Below, piece after piece: positions 1 to 10,900 of a DNA stretch of 64,000 bases. How positions within the stretch are numbered: position 1 is the first letter of the stretch; each line of letters starts with the position of its first letter. The DNA comes from Candidatus Latescibacterota bacterium (GTDB lineage: Bacteria > Latescibacterota > UBA2968 > UBA8231): the NCBI GenBank assembly GCA_965217585.1, contig OZ244561.1, positions 5,824,001 to 5,888,000 on the forward strand, written 5' to 3'. The notes beneath the pieces are model-generated. The model ran no database searches and had not been told where the DNA came from. It saw nothing but the letters and a program-made list of their open reading frames with translations. Made by a program: the position numbers and the translations under genes.

Positions 1-1
1 C

Positions 2-424
2 CCGGTTCATCGCAATTACCTGTGCAACGCCGGTCACTTCGAGTTTGGCCACGAGCGCATCCCCATTACCATCGACGCGGAGAAAACGCGGCACATCCAG
101 ACGCTGTGGGGCGAAGGGCGCGATACCGAAGGGTGGGCTGAATACTGGAATGCGATCTACGCTTGGACCTACGAGGAGGTGCTGCAGCACGAAGCGCTTA
201 AGACGCGCTGTTTGGTGGTGCCGTTTGAGCACTTGTGCGCGGCAGCCGAGCAAAAAATTACGGACATTGTGGCGTTTTGCAACTTGGACGCTGACGAGGC
301 ATGGGCGAAGGGCTGGGCCGAGCAAGTTGCGTATCAGCCCCAATACGAAGCGGCATTCAGCGCGGCCGAGCGCGACGCTATCATGCAGATATGCGGCGCG
401 ACCGCGAAGAATTATGGCCTATAG
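2..424 (+). CDS. Sulfotransferase-family protein, 3' part (truncated by window start)
   Basis: Frame is open from base 2 (PVHRNYL...GWAEYWNAIY...LVVPFEHLC...IVAFCNL), resembling the W..W...(Y/F)E.L C-terminal half of sulfotransferase folds; stop at 424. Confidence 0.55.
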   Translation, partial: PVHRNYLCNAGHFEFGHERIPITIDAEKTRHIQTLWGEGRDTEGWAEYWNAIYAWTYEEVLQHEALKTRCLVVPFEHLCAAAEQKITDIVAFCNLDADEAWAKGWAEQVAYQPQYEAAFSAAERDAIMQICGATAKNYGL

Positions 425-458
425 CTACAGTCATCCCAAACCGATATGAGGTTATCCA

Positions 459-1286
459 ATGAATCAGCTTGAAAACCGTCCACTGGACGGACAAATCGCC
501 GTCGTCACAGGCGGTGCCCAAGGTCTAGGGCTGGGGATCACCCGGCAATTGGCCAGCGACGGGGCCAGCGTGGTCATCGCCGACCGGCAGGAGGATAAGG
601 CGCGCGAGGAGGCTGCGAAGCTCCAAGACGAGGGCCTAACCGTGCGGGCCGTGGCGCTCGATATAACCGACAGCGCGGCGGTGACTGCCTTTTTCGCCGC
701 GCTCGTCGCCGAAGAGGAGCGAGTGGACATCCTGATCAACAACGCCGGCACTGGCCAGCAGGTCGCCCCGATAGTCGAGTTGGAGGACGCCGAATGGCAC
801 CGGGTGATGGATGTGACCCTGACCGGAGCCTTTTACTGCTGTCGCGCTGTCGGACGCATCATGGAAGAACAGGAGGCCGGTTGTATCGTCAATATCTCCT
901 CGATCAACGGCCAGAATCCGGCCGCGCTGGTGGCCGCGTACAATGTGGCCAAAACCGGTATCATCAGCCTCACCCGGACCTTGGCGCTGGAGTTGGCCGC
1001 GTACGGCGTGCGGGTCAACGCCGTGTGTCCGGGGCCAGTGTACACGGAATTCAACCAGCGCAATATGGCCCAGCGCCGCGTCACCTTAGGGATATCCGAA
1101 GAAGAAATGATCGAGCGCATTCGCGCGGCCATTCCCTTGGGACGCTGGGGCGAGCCGGAGGATATTGCCCAAGGCGTGGCCTTTTTGTGCAGCCCGGCGG
1201 CGTCTTGGATCACCGGCGAAGTGCTCCGCGTTAGCGGCGGCATGGAAGGCGTATCGGCCACGCCGCCGAAAAGGCCGCAGCAGTAG
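459..1286 (+). CDS. Short-chain dehydrogenase/reductase (FabG-like)
   Basis: TGGAQGLG, NNAG, catalytic YNVAK and IPLGRWGEPEDIA motifs; GAGG RBS. Confidence 0.92.
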   Translation: MNQLENRPLDGQIAVVTGGAQGLGLGITRQLASDGASVVIADRQEDKAREEAAKLQDEGLTVRAVALDITDSAAVTAFFAALVAEEERVDILINNAGTGQQVAPIVELEDAEWHRVMDVTLTGAFYCCRAVGRIMEEQEAGCIVNISSINGQNPAALVAAYNVAKTGIISLTRTLALELAAYGVRVNAVCPGPVYTEFNQRNMAQRRVTLGISEEEMIERIRAAIPLGRWGEPEDIAQGVAFLCSPAASWITGEVLRVSGGMEGVSATPPKRPQQ

Positions 1287-1336
1287 AGGAGTTCGTATGA
1301 CTACAACTAAGCCGACGCAACTATTGGTGGCATAAT

Positions 1337-1610
1337 ATGGCAGTAATAGATCGAGTTTATCTGGATACAACGGTTCCTAGTGCCTACTACGATGATCGCG
1401 CACCAGATCGTCAACGCCTAACGCAAGAATTCTGGCAGGGTAGATGCCTTGAAATGGATGCCTGCATTTCAACGATTACCCTGGATTGGTTATCTTGCTA
1501 GTTGGAACTTTCGCCATCTAGTCAAAGTCAATACCCGCCGAGAGGTTAACTTGGTCAACGCCTTAGAAGGCTACAATCCCATCGAGATCGTTGCTCCACC
1601 CGAGTTATAG
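1337..1610 (+). pseudogene. PIN-domain toxin with internal deletion and frameshift
   Basis: MAVIDRVYLDTTVPSAYYDD... in one frame and ...YLASWNFRHLVKVN...IEIVAPPEL* in another; the middle of the PIN fold is missing. Confidence 0.75.
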
Positions 1611-1620
1611 GAGATGGACT

Positions 1621-1809
1621 GTGAACACATTGACAAAGGACGCAAGAGATCGACTTTGGGAGGAAGTCAGGGGGGAGTTTCCGCAGGACGAGATGATGCA
1701 GGAGGTACACTTCGTACGTCTTGTACACTTTTTACAGACGAAAGATCTTACTCCGGAAGAACGTGTAAGATTCTTTGGACAGTCAGAAAAGGCTGACTCG
1801 ATCTCATAA
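1621..1809 (+). CDS. Small hypothetical protein, probable antitoxin partner of the PIN gene
   Basis: GGAG RBS then GTG start; 62 aa charged helical protein directly after the PIN remnant. Confidence 0.55.
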   Translation: MNTLTKDARDRLWEEVRGEFPQDEMMQEVHFVRLVHFLQTKDLTPEERVRFFGQSEKADSIS

Positions 1810-1813
1810 CTCA

Positions 1814-3769
1814 ATGAACCCAATGCAATTGTGGACGTCCTATCTGCTGCCCTTGCCGCACGAGATTCGCATTGCCGACAGCGTCCGCTGTAGGCCGGGC
1901 GAAGTGGGTATTGCGCTGCGGGACCAAGCTGGGCCAATCGAGCAGCAGGGTGCCGCCGAGTTGGAAGCACTCTTCGTTGAAAAGGGAAAAGCACAGCCGG
2001 ATGGTGGAGCCTTTACCATCGACATTGGCGTGGCTCCGGCAAACAGCGCGGCCACGGAACGGCTCCAGAGCTTGAAGAACAAGGCCCAGGCGTACCTCAT
2101 TGAGCCACGGGGACGAGATGGTTTGGTGCTGACGGGTTTAGACGAGCGCGGTGTGTACTACGCCTGCCAGACCCTGATCCAATTGCTCGAACCCGAAATG
2201 AGCCAAGAGCAGGTGCACATCCCCTTGGCACAGGTGCTCGACTGGCCCGATATGGACGAGCGGGGCTTGTGGAATTTTCCCGAGCCTGCAACTTGGATCC
2301 CGTGGCTGGCCACGCTCAAATTGAACTACGGCAAAATGGCCTCGACGCAATTGCACCCCATTGAACGCGGTCGGCGCAACCGGGCCACCATCGCCCGCGA
2401 ACAGTTCGAAGCGGCGCGGCAGCGGGCGTTCAATTATCTGCCCTACATTCTGCACCTCAACTTCCTGCACGACTGCGGCCTTTTCAGGACCTATCCCGAA
2501 CTGGCCGGCAAGGGAGACGGGGCTTTGACTGGGCGCTATTTCGCCCACAAGGCGGGCAATCAGCACCGGGTTCCCTGCGCTGCGCAACCGCTACTGGTGC
2601 AAATTCTACAAGAGTGGATGGAGGATATCGCCGGGCAGGGGGCCGAGGAAATAAGCTGCTGGTTGAGCGAACGGCCGGGGCAGTGCGGCTGTCTGGAATG
2701 CTCTGCGGTGGGGCAGTTCGTGCTGGAGGCGCGGGCTTTTGTCGCGGCTTGGCGGCGGGCCCAAAAGCGCTGTCCCAATTTGCAGATTCGCATCTTTTTA
2801 TCGACCACCACCACCGTGCGCAACTATCGGGTGCTGGACGAGTTGCCTCCGGAGGTGAAGGTCGAGCGGGCCTGCGTCACCGAGCTGGAGAGGGTGCTAC
2901 ACCGGCCGCGCGATTTAATGGCCAATCCGCTGCTGGACCACTATGCCGCTGAGGGGCGCTGGATCGCCAGCTACGATGTGCCCATTGCGGCTAACGGCAA
3001 GGTGGACACGCCCGAGTTCAAGGTGCCGCAGCGCTCGGCTCACCGCATGCGGGATTACGTCGGCCAACTGGTGCGGCGGGGCTATAGCGGAGCGTACGCC
3101 ATGATGGCTTGGGGTGGTCCAGAGCGTCAGATTTGCAGCTTCAATATCCACGCCTTGGCCGAGTGGGCTTGGAATATGCAAGGTCGTGACGAGACGGAGT
3201 TCGCCTTGGCGTGGGCACGGCGGGAAGGCTATGCCCATCCAGAGGCCGTGGCCGAATGGGCCGCCTTGATGGGGCCGGTGGAATTCGACGTGTACGATTC
3301 CGATTTTCCGATATGCTATTCTTGGGGCAAGGCCGCGGAGATGGTGCGGCAGCGGCAGCGGCCTTATTTGGGCGAGGGGATGTTCCGCTATTATCTCACT
3401 GCCGAGGACTTCGACGCCAAAGTCGCGATCTGCGACCGGGCTTTGGAAATTGTCGAGGGCCTTGGGGAAGCGGAGCTGGCCCACGAGACGCGGGTGGTGC
3501 GGTCCTATGTGGAATTGGCGCGCGGCGTCTATTGGGTAGCTGAACAGATGGCCACGCTCGACTTAGGGGATATGGCAAACCAAGCGCTGGTGCGCGGCAG
3601 TCTGGATCAGTTGCAAAAGGCGGGCCAAGACAATGTCCAGGCCATTCGGGATTGGCGCGCCGGCTTGGGCAGCGAGCCGTGGCACTACCGGGTACACGAT
3701 GCTATGAAGGGCACGGAGACGACCGTGGCGGAGATCGTCCAATGCGTCGCCGACTGCTACTTGTACTGA
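1814..3769 (+). CDS. Hypothetical glycoside hydrolase with GH20-type zincin-like N-terminal domain
   Basis: LLPLPHE...QAYLIE...GLDERGVYYACQTLIQL...DWPDMDERG is typical of GH20b/GH67 N-terminal domains; start uncertain. Confidence 0.7.
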   Translation: MNPMQLWTSYLLPLPHEIRIADSVRCRPGEVGIALRDQAGPIEQQGAAELEALFVEKGKAQPDGGAFTIDIGVAPANSAATERLQSLKNKAQAYLIEPRGRDGLVLTGLDERGVYYACQTLIQLLEPEMSQEQVHIPLAQVLDWPDMDERGLWNFPEPATWIPWLATLKLNYGKMASTQLHPIERGRRNRATIAREQFEAARQRAFNYLPYILHLNFLHDCGLFRTYPELAGKGDGALTGRYFAHKAGNQHRVPCAAQPLLVQILQEWMEDIAGQGAEEISCWLSERPGQCGCLECSAVGQFVLEARAFVAAWRRAQKRCPNLQIRIFLSTTTTVRNYRVLDELPPEVKVERACVTELERVLHRPRDLMANPLLDHYAAEGRWIASYDVPIAANGKVDTPEFKVPQRSAHRMRDYVGQLVRRGYSGAYAMMAWGGPERQICSFNIHALAEWAWNMQGRDETEFALAWARREGYAHPEAVAEWAALMGPVEFDVYDSDFPICYSWGKAAEMVRQRQRPYLGEGMFRYYLTAEDFDAKVAICDRALEIVEGLGEAELAHETRVVRSYVELARGVYWVAEQMATLDLGDMANQALVRGSLDQLQKAGQDNVQAIRDWRAGLGSEPWHYRVHDAMKGTETTVAEIVQCVADCYLY

Positions 3770-3782
3770 GGGGTCATTAGGT

Positions 3783-5612
3783 GTGAGTGAGCGGATAAGT
3801 CGGCTATCTACCCTTGTAAGTCTCCTGCCGCGTTTGCTGGCGTTTATTTGGCGAACCAGCCCGTTCCTCACCTCTGTTGCCGTGCTGCTGGCGATCGGTA
3901 ATGCCGCAGTCGTTCCTTCCCAGATTTGGCTTACTAAGGTCATAATCGATCAGATCGCCGAAAACGTATCTTCAGCTATAGAAGGCAGCTATGCGCTAAC
4001 CAACTTTGTTCTCCCAGTCGCTGGTATCGTTGGCATTTGGATACTTGGCGTAATTACTCAATCTCTTGCCGTGCATGTCCGGCGGCTTCTTGGCCAGCGG
4101 AGTAGCCACCGGGCACGAATGCAGGTGTTTGCCAAGATGGCGGCGTTGGACCCGGCGCTCCTTGAAACTCCTGCTGTGCATGACTCATTCAACAATGCAC
4201 TGGAGGAAACAGAGCAGGTTCACGAGACAGCGTTCTTTGTGTTCGGTTGGATTTCTGATCTGTTGTCCTTGGTTGCAATAATCGGACTGCTCGCACATAT
4301 ACATCCTGGGGCGGTCGTGGTGATCATCCTCACTGCTGCCCCTGGAGCAATTGCACAGGCTGGCTTTCTCGCCCATTACTACAACATAGTTCGCGGAAGA
4401 TCTGAACTACGTCGCCGGGTCCAGTACCTTGGCGACCTCTTATCGAACGCGCCAGGGCTCCGTGAACTAAGGCTCTTTGGGCTAATAGAATACTTGTTAG
4501 ATCAGTATCGCCGATTGTGGAAAGTACAACATGCTGATGACCGCAACCATTGGCTGCGCCTAGGTCGGACCGATTTGCTTTATGGTTTATTGTCTGTTGC
4601 CGGCACTCTGGCAATTTGGTGTTACGCAATCTTCCGTGGTCTCATGGGCATGATCACCATCGGCGACGTTAGCTTGGCCTTCCAAGCTGCCGAGCAAGGA
4701 CGCTCCCGTTTCAACAGTGCTTTTGGTAGCGGCGCTCGGGGTTTTGAGCGCCTATTGTATGCGTCGAACCTTTTTGAGTTCCTGGATCGGGAATGGGAAG
4801 ATGCTGAAGGAAGACTCCAGTCCCTAGGCACAAAAGGTGTTGCCATTCCTAAGCCCATCCAAAAAGGGATCGAATTCCGCGACGTATCGTTTTGCTATCC
4901 AGGGTCTAATGAGTACGTGCTGCGCAATATTTCCTACCATCTTCCCGTCGGGCATACGACGGCTATCGTCGGTCCTAATGGAGCTGGCAAGACGACGCTA
5001 ATTAAGCTGTTGGTTCGACTATACGATCCAACCGAGGGGGCGATTCTGGTAGATGGAATAGACCTGCGCGAGGTCGAACCCGAGGCGTGGTGGCGTCATG
5101 TGAGTGTTATCTTCCAAGACTTCCAGCGCTACAATCTATCTGCACGGGAAAACATCGGCTTTGGCGAATTGCAGCACTTGCATGACGACGATAAACTCAT
5201 GCAAGCAGCACGCCTTGCTGGAGCTGAGACGCTGATACAACAGTTCCCGAGGGGACTTGACACCATGTTTGGCCGCATGTTCTCCGACGGGATCGAAATT
5301 TCCGGCGGGGAGTGGCAGCGCATTGCCCTTAGCAGAGCGTTTATTCGGGATGCACAAGTAATTGTATTGGACGAGCCGACGGCAGCGCTCGATGCTTTCA
5401 CCGAGCAGGCAATATACGAAGGATTCGCGCGAGCGATTGTCGGCAAAACAGGGTTGTTGATCTCGCACCGATTTCCCACTGTTCGCATGGCGGACAGTAT
5501 TCTCGTTCTAGAGGATGGGCAACCCGTTGAACATGGAACGCACGAGCACCTCATTTCGACAAACGGCCTCTATGCCGAGATGTTCACAACTCAAGCAAAT
5601 CAATACAGGTAG
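3783..5612 (+). CDS. ABC exporter, fused permease/ATPase (peptide/multidrug type)
   Basis: N-terminal TM helices, GPNGAGKT, ISGGEWQR, LDEPT; visibly more AT-rich than the upstream gene. Confidence 0.92.
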   Translation: MSERISRLSTLVSLLPRLLAFIWRTSPFLTSVAVLLAIGNAAVVPSQIWLTKVIIDQIAENVSSAIEGSYALTNFVLPVAGIVGIWILGVITQSLAVHVRRLLGQRSSHRARMQVFAKMAALDPALLETPAVHDSFNNALEETEQVHETAFFVFGWISDLLSLVAIIGLLAHIHPGAVVVIILTAAPGAIAQAGFLAHYYNIVRGRSELRRRVQYLGDLLSNAPGLRELRLFGLIEYLLDQYRRLWKVQHADDRNHWLRLGRTDLLYGLLSVAGTLAIWCYAIFRGLMGMITIGDVSLAFQAAEQGRSRFNSAFGSGARGFERLLYASNLFEFLDREWEDAEGRLQSLGTKGVAIPKPIQKGIEFRDVSFCYPGSNEYVLRNISYHLPVGHTTAIVGPNGAGKTTLIKLLVRLYDPTEGAILVDGIDLREVEPEAWWRHVSVIFQDFQRYNLSARENIGFGELQHLHDDDKLMQAARLAGAETLIQQFPRGLDTMFGRMFSDGIEISGGEWQRIALSRAFIRDAQVIVLDEPTAALDAFTEQAIYEGFARAIVGKTGLLISHRFPTVRMADSILVLEDGQPVEHGTHEHLISTNGLYAEMFTTQANQYR

Positions 5613-5628
5613 GGATTGTACCACTAAC

Positions 5629-5679
5629 ACGACCGTGGCGGAGATCGCCCAATGCATCGCCGATTGCTACCTTTACTGA
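5629..5679 (+). repeat. Diverged duplicate of the last 51 bp (3719-3769) of the upstream hydrolase gene
   Basis: 46/51 identity by manual alignment; encodes TTVAEIAQCIADCYLY* versus TTVAEIVQCVADCYLY*. Confidence 0.93.
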
Positions 5680-5690
5680 AGGAGGGAAAC

Positions 5691-6677
5691 ATGACTGAGC
5701 AAAATAATGCACTGTCCCAGGAAGAAATGGATTTTAAAGCATGGCAAAGGGCCGCCTGGGAAGAGGTTGAGCAGTTCCGCGAGACGGCAGAGGATTATTT
5801 TGGTGAGGACAACCCCCAACATCGACTCGCCGCAGAATTTTTCCAGATGTATCTGGAGAAGAGGCCTTCAGAGATAGCCACAAAGGCTTTGTCCAATGCT
5901 TTCACCATGTGGGGAAATCTGAAGGGCGTCAGTGACCAAGTTCAAGCGGCCCTCAAGCACATTTCTTATACCGAAGATGTGTGGGATGAAGTCAAGTATG
6001 GTTTGTGGAACAGTTCCGCACGTGATGGCCGAGAAAAAGAAGCAATTCTCCTATTGGAGGAATTGGTCGAAAAGGTCGTTCCCTTGAAGAGTCGATCGTC
6101 CTTGCTGTGCACTTTAGCCGATATTTGGGAACTCGAAGGTGAGACGGGAAAAGCTCGTCGAGGATTTGAACAAATCATCGCATGGGATGCTTCTGAACGG
6201 CATGTAGATCACGCCCGAGGACATCTGTACGAGCTTGACACTTTAAACGTCGGACAGTTGGCCCCTCAATTCAGGTTGTCCGATATAGATGGCAATCACA
6301 TAGATCTTGCAGATTATCAAGGTAAAGTCGCGGTTTTGCATTTTTGGAGTACAACCTGTAGCGGGTGTAAATTTATTTACCCTTCTCTGCGCAACATTGC
6401 CCAGGAGTATTCTGAGGACGAGGTAGCCCTCATTGGTATATCAGATGATATAGACTTTGATGCTCTTCGTGCTGCGATAACGGAAGAGCAATTCACGTGG
6501 CCTCAGATATGTGAAGGCAATGGCTGGCAAGATACGGTTTTTAAGCTCTACAATGTGGATAGAATGCCTATCGAGTATATCATTGATCGAGGTGGAAAGA
6601 TAGCCTTTAAATTCGGGGGCGGGGGCAAAGGTAGCGGTGAAGAGCTTGAAGAAGCAGTGCGATCTCTCGTGATTTGA
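5691..6677 (+). CDS. TlpA/ResA-like thioredoxin-fold protein with helical (TPR-like) N-terminus
   Basis: GQLAPQF...GKVAVLHFWSTTCSGCK CxxC motif; AGGAGG RBS. Confidence 0.85.
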   Translation: MTEQNNALSQEEMDFKAWQRAAWEEVEQFRETAEDYFGEDNPQHRLAAEFFQMYLEKRPSEIATKALSNAFTMWGNLKGVSDQVQAALKHISYTEDVWDEVKYGLWNSSARDGREKEAILLLEELVEKVVPLKSRSSLLCTLADIWELEGETGKARRGFEQIIAWDASERHVDHARGHLYELDTLNVGQLAPQFRLSDIDGNHIDLADYQGKVAVLHFWSTTCSGCKFIYPSLRNIAQEYSEDEVALIGISDDIDFDALRAAITEEQFTWPQICEGNGWQDTVFKLYNVDRMPIEYIIDRGGKIAFKFGGGGKGSGEELEEAVRSLVI

Positions 6678-6693
6678 TGAGGTGCAGTGTCAG

Positions 6694-6774
6694 CGTCGTG
6701 GCTCATCAGGGCCAGCCCACCCTCTCCGGTGCCCAGCTTGCCGACGATGGAGAGCTTGGCCACGCTCGCCGCAT
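6694..6774 (-). repeat. Orphan internal fragment of the argE-like gene (copy of 16661-16741)
   Basis: 81 bp with about 3 mismatches; encodes AKLSIVGKLGTGEGGLALMSHD. Confidence 0.92.
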
Positions 6775-7885
6775 GCCCGCCGACACGCTCTGCCCGCTAT
6801 TGTCGGTAGCATCCCATTCCACTACACGTAGCGCCCCGGGAGCTGGTGTTTGGCAACGAGGGAGCGGACAGATTGCCCTACCACGTTGAACGGATTCGGG
6901 AAGTTATCCGCCAGTGCAAAGGCGGCTGGATTGGCCTTGCCCGCTGCGCCGAAGAGATCGCCAAAGCTCAAGGCCGGGTTGACGGTGATAGAGAAGGTCA
7001 ATGTGGCGGCGGCTCCTGCGCTGTCTTGCGCCGTGTAGGTGATCTCGACGGCCCCATCGGTGGCGGCTGTGGGCGTGCCCGAAATCGTCCGCGTGGCCGC
7101 GTCAAACGACAGGCCAGTAGGCAAGCCTAAGACGCGGTACGTTACCTCGCCTTCACCGCCCGTAGCTTCCGGCAATACCAGCGCACTAATCGCCGTACCA
7201 GCGGTGTATGCTTGGTCTTCGACCTCTTCGGCGAAACCGAAGGCCAGCTCTCCATCGTCCTCTTCGCCATCGTCCATCTCGCCGTCGGAATCGGCCGTCG
7301 CTTGACCGATGGCGGTAAAGGTTTCGGGTTCAAGCCCCTCAACGGTAGCCGTAACGGTGTTGGTCCCCGGATCGCTCCCCAGCGTCAGCGTGCTTCTGGC
7401 TCGACCATTGGCATCGGTGGTGGCGGTGGTGGCCGAGAGCGTCCCTCCACCGGCCGTGACCGAAAAGGTGACGACCGCCCCGGCAAAGGCCGACCCGTTT
7501 TGATCCAACACGGAAACGACGAATGGCTTGGCCAACGCCGCGCCGACAGTGCCTTCTTGTTCATCGCCGGAGACTTTCGTCAAGGTATGGGGCATGGCCT
7601 GCTCGACGGCGGTTATCGTCTGTCCGCCAGTCCACTCAGATAAATCCCACAGTCGTACTATGTAAGATGAATTCTCTGCCAAAAATCTCATGTCGGAAGA
7701 AAAATCCAATTCCTCAATCCGCCCGACCGGCGGGAAGCTGACGATAGGCTTTCTTGTAGCCACATCCCATAGCTTGACCGATGAACCCCCGATCGTACTG
7801 GCTTGACCGGTTCCTCCCTTCACACCATCTAAATCAACCCATCTTGTCTGCGACGCCGACGCGGACGCCAAAAACCTGCCGTCTA
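6772..7885 (-). pseudogene. Orphan C-terminal remnant of a WD40/Big-1/Ig/FlgD-type secreted protein
   Basis: No start or signal peptide; partial WD40, Big-1 domain nearly identical to the one at about 9085-9440, He_PIG-like Ig domain, and a deleted and frameshifted NFPNPFN...EWDATDNSGQSVSAGM tail. Confidence 0.8.
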
Positions 7886-7906
7886 TAAGTAGCCTCCGCT
7901 CTATGT

Positions 7907-10900
7907 TTACCTTAGCAGGGTAAATTTTTGGGCAAAACGGCCTTCAGGGGTTGTCAACCGATAGAGATAAACGCCGCTGGCCCAAGCCGAGGCGTCCATA
8001 GATATCGTGTGATAGCCAGCCGCTTGAAACCCTTCGTGCAGGACCGCCACTCGTTGTCCGTTAAGGGTGAAGACCTCCAGTCGAATATCAGAGGCGGTTG
8101 GCAACGTATAAGAAAGGATCGTCTCGCTGTTAAAGGGGTTGGGATAGCTCGGGTTGAGCGTCGTCGTGGCTGGTATGCCGGTGTCTTCTTCGACATTGAC
8201 CTCATATTGCTGCACGACCGCGTCTGTATCGTAGTCGATGAGCAGGATCTTTGTTCGCCCTGCTTGGCACGCTTTTACATGCAGGCTCCAGCCATCTCGG
8301 CGCCCCCTTGTGGGTCTATCGTTGCCTTCGGCTGGACAGTAGGCTCTGGAGGGCACCTGTTGGCCGCCGGCGATCTCTATGGCCGGATCGGAGCCGGACG
8401 GGTTGGCTCTCACCAGCACGCTGTCGAGGTTGGTGTGCACTGTAAATGTTTTCCACGCTGGATCGTCGGCATAGAATTCGACCTCAGACGGATCGGGCAC
8501 CAGCCATGCTTGGGGCTCGCTGGCCGAATCATTGTCGATGATTTTGATATTGATCCGAGCTTGGTGTCCACTCGACGAAGTAGCCTGCACCGCGAAGGCC
8601 CTATCCCCATCCGCCGTCGTGTTGTCCTTGGGCGTCAGGGTAAGCTGCGCCGTGCCCGTTCGCTGGCCTTTTGCAATGGTGAGGGTTTCTGGAAATGTCG
8701 CGTCGAAGTCCTCACCGCGCTTGGCTGTCTTGCCTTGTGTTGGAGAGACAAGGGCGAGTGTGATCGTCTCGTTAGCCGCCACGGCTTTGTCCAACGTCAC
8801 GGTCAGCGTGATGGTCGTTGCCTGCCCGTCGTCCTCGCGGACCGAATCATGGCTTGCGGATATACCCTCGAGCGCAACCGTGGCCGTTGGCTGCTCCTCG
8901 GACTCGGGTTGATCCTCGCCGGAGGCCTCGTCATCGGCTAGCTCGCCATCGTCCTCGCTATCAGCCACCTCGTCCTCGGAATCGGTGGTTGGCTGCTCCT
9001 CGGACTCGGGTTGATCCTCGCCGGAGGCCTCGTCATCGGCCAGTTCGCCATCTTCCTCGCCCGAAGCCTCTTCGCCGTCGGAATCGGTGGTCGCTCTTCC
9101 GATGGCGGTAAAGGTTTCGGGTTCAAGCCCCTCAACGGTAGCCGTAACGGTGTTGGTCCCCGGGTCGGCCCCCAGCGTCAGCGTGCTTTTGGCTCGGCCG
9201 TTGGCATCGGTGGTGGCGGTGGTGGACGACAGCGTCCCCCCGCCAGCGGTGACCGAAAAGCTGACGACCGCCCCGGCAAAGGCCGACCCGTTTTGATCTA
9301 ATACGGAAACGACGAATGGCTTGGCCAATGGCTCGCCGACCGTGCCTTCTTGTCCATCGCCGGAGACTTTCGTCAAGGTATGGGGCATGGCCTGCTCGAC
9401 GGTGGTTATCGTCTGCTCGACGGTCCACTCAGAAACATCCCATAGCCGAACCCTTTGATCGCTTGACCCGACGGCCAGAAGGGCCCCGTCGGGAGAAAAC
9501 GATACATCAGAGAGAAAGCCCGGATTCGCGAAGGTGGTGGCAAGCTGCCTGCTGGCCACGTCCCACAGCCGGACATGGCCCTTTGACCCGACGGCCAGCA
9601 GGGCCCCGTCGGGAGAAAACGACAGCGAACTGCCCCAACTCTCAGGCTGGAGGGTGACCTCTTGTCCGGTGGCTACGTCCCACAACTGATTGAAATCTCC
9701 TGAGGTGGCCAGCAGGGTGCCGTCGGGAGAAAACGATACATCAGAGATATAGATATAATCGCCCCTAGGCTGGAAGGTGTCGACTTTTTGCCTGCTGGCT
9801 ACATCCCACAGCGTGACCGCGTCCTTGTTCTCTCCTGCCGCCTCTGCGATGGCCAGCAGGGTGCCGTCGGGAGAAAACGACAGTGACCTGACCCAATCCG
9901 CTTGGAGGGTGGCGACCTGCTGTCTGCTCACCACGTCCCACAGTGAGACCGCGTTCTCTCCTGATCCCCCAATAGCCAGCAGGGTGCCATCGGGAGAAAA
10001 CGCCAACTTAAAATCCCAACTCCCAGGCTGGAGGGTGGCGACCTGCTCTCTGCTCGCTACGTCCCACAGCGAGACCTGCTCCTCTGCGATGGCCAGCAGG
10101 GCTCCGTCGGGAGAAAACGACAGCGCGGTGCTCCAATACTCAAGCTCAAGGGTGGCCACCTGCTGTCTGGTGGCTACGTCCCACAGCCGGACCGTAGGAA
10201 TAAGTTCCTCTGAGGTGGCTAGGAGGGTGCCGTCGGGAGAAAACGATGCCGATCTGATATACGCTGTATGGTCGAGGGTGGCGATGTGGTATGATGAAGC
10301 TTTCGAAAGCCCAATACTCGCGCCGTGGGTCACCTCCCCATCTGTATCAACTACCTGAATAGACAGGGAATGAACCTCAGGATCTGAAGGATCCCGACGA
10401 TAGGGGGGAATCGAGACATCATACTCGAATTCGACGATGGCGTCTTTTTCACCGTCCAATCCACGGCATGCTGCCAATCCTCCCAGTCCGGCGGCGCCGC
10501 TGCTTTCTTTTCTTTCCACGTCAATCAGGAGCACCTGATGAAGCCCTTCCGCATCGCTGACCTTGAATCGGACGGAGATGATGGTTGATCCGGCCGGATA
10601 GTCCGACGGCGAAATCATTTGGATGGTGGATGGGTCGCTGAGGGTTCCCCCTCCGAAGACACTACGACTGAGGCTCGTTTCTCCTCCAAGGGATATATCA
10701 GAATTAAAGTAGGGGTGCACGGACAAAAATTCGGCGGCGCACGCCGACAGTCGATCTGGGTTGCCGCCATACGACATGATGTAGGCATCGTCGCGGAAGT
10801 CGTGCCACAAGCCGAAAGTATGCCCAAGCTCATGGGCTATTGTGCTAAAGTGAAGGCTACTAGGAACCAACGTAATTCCGCCACGTTTGCCAAAATCATT

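Noticed and set aside
9420-10280. Regularly spaced repeats (gccgtcgggagaaaacga) resembling a CRISPR array or DGR repeats
   Set aside because: They are in-frame WD40 coding repeats (SFSPDG); no cas or reverse transcriptase gene is present
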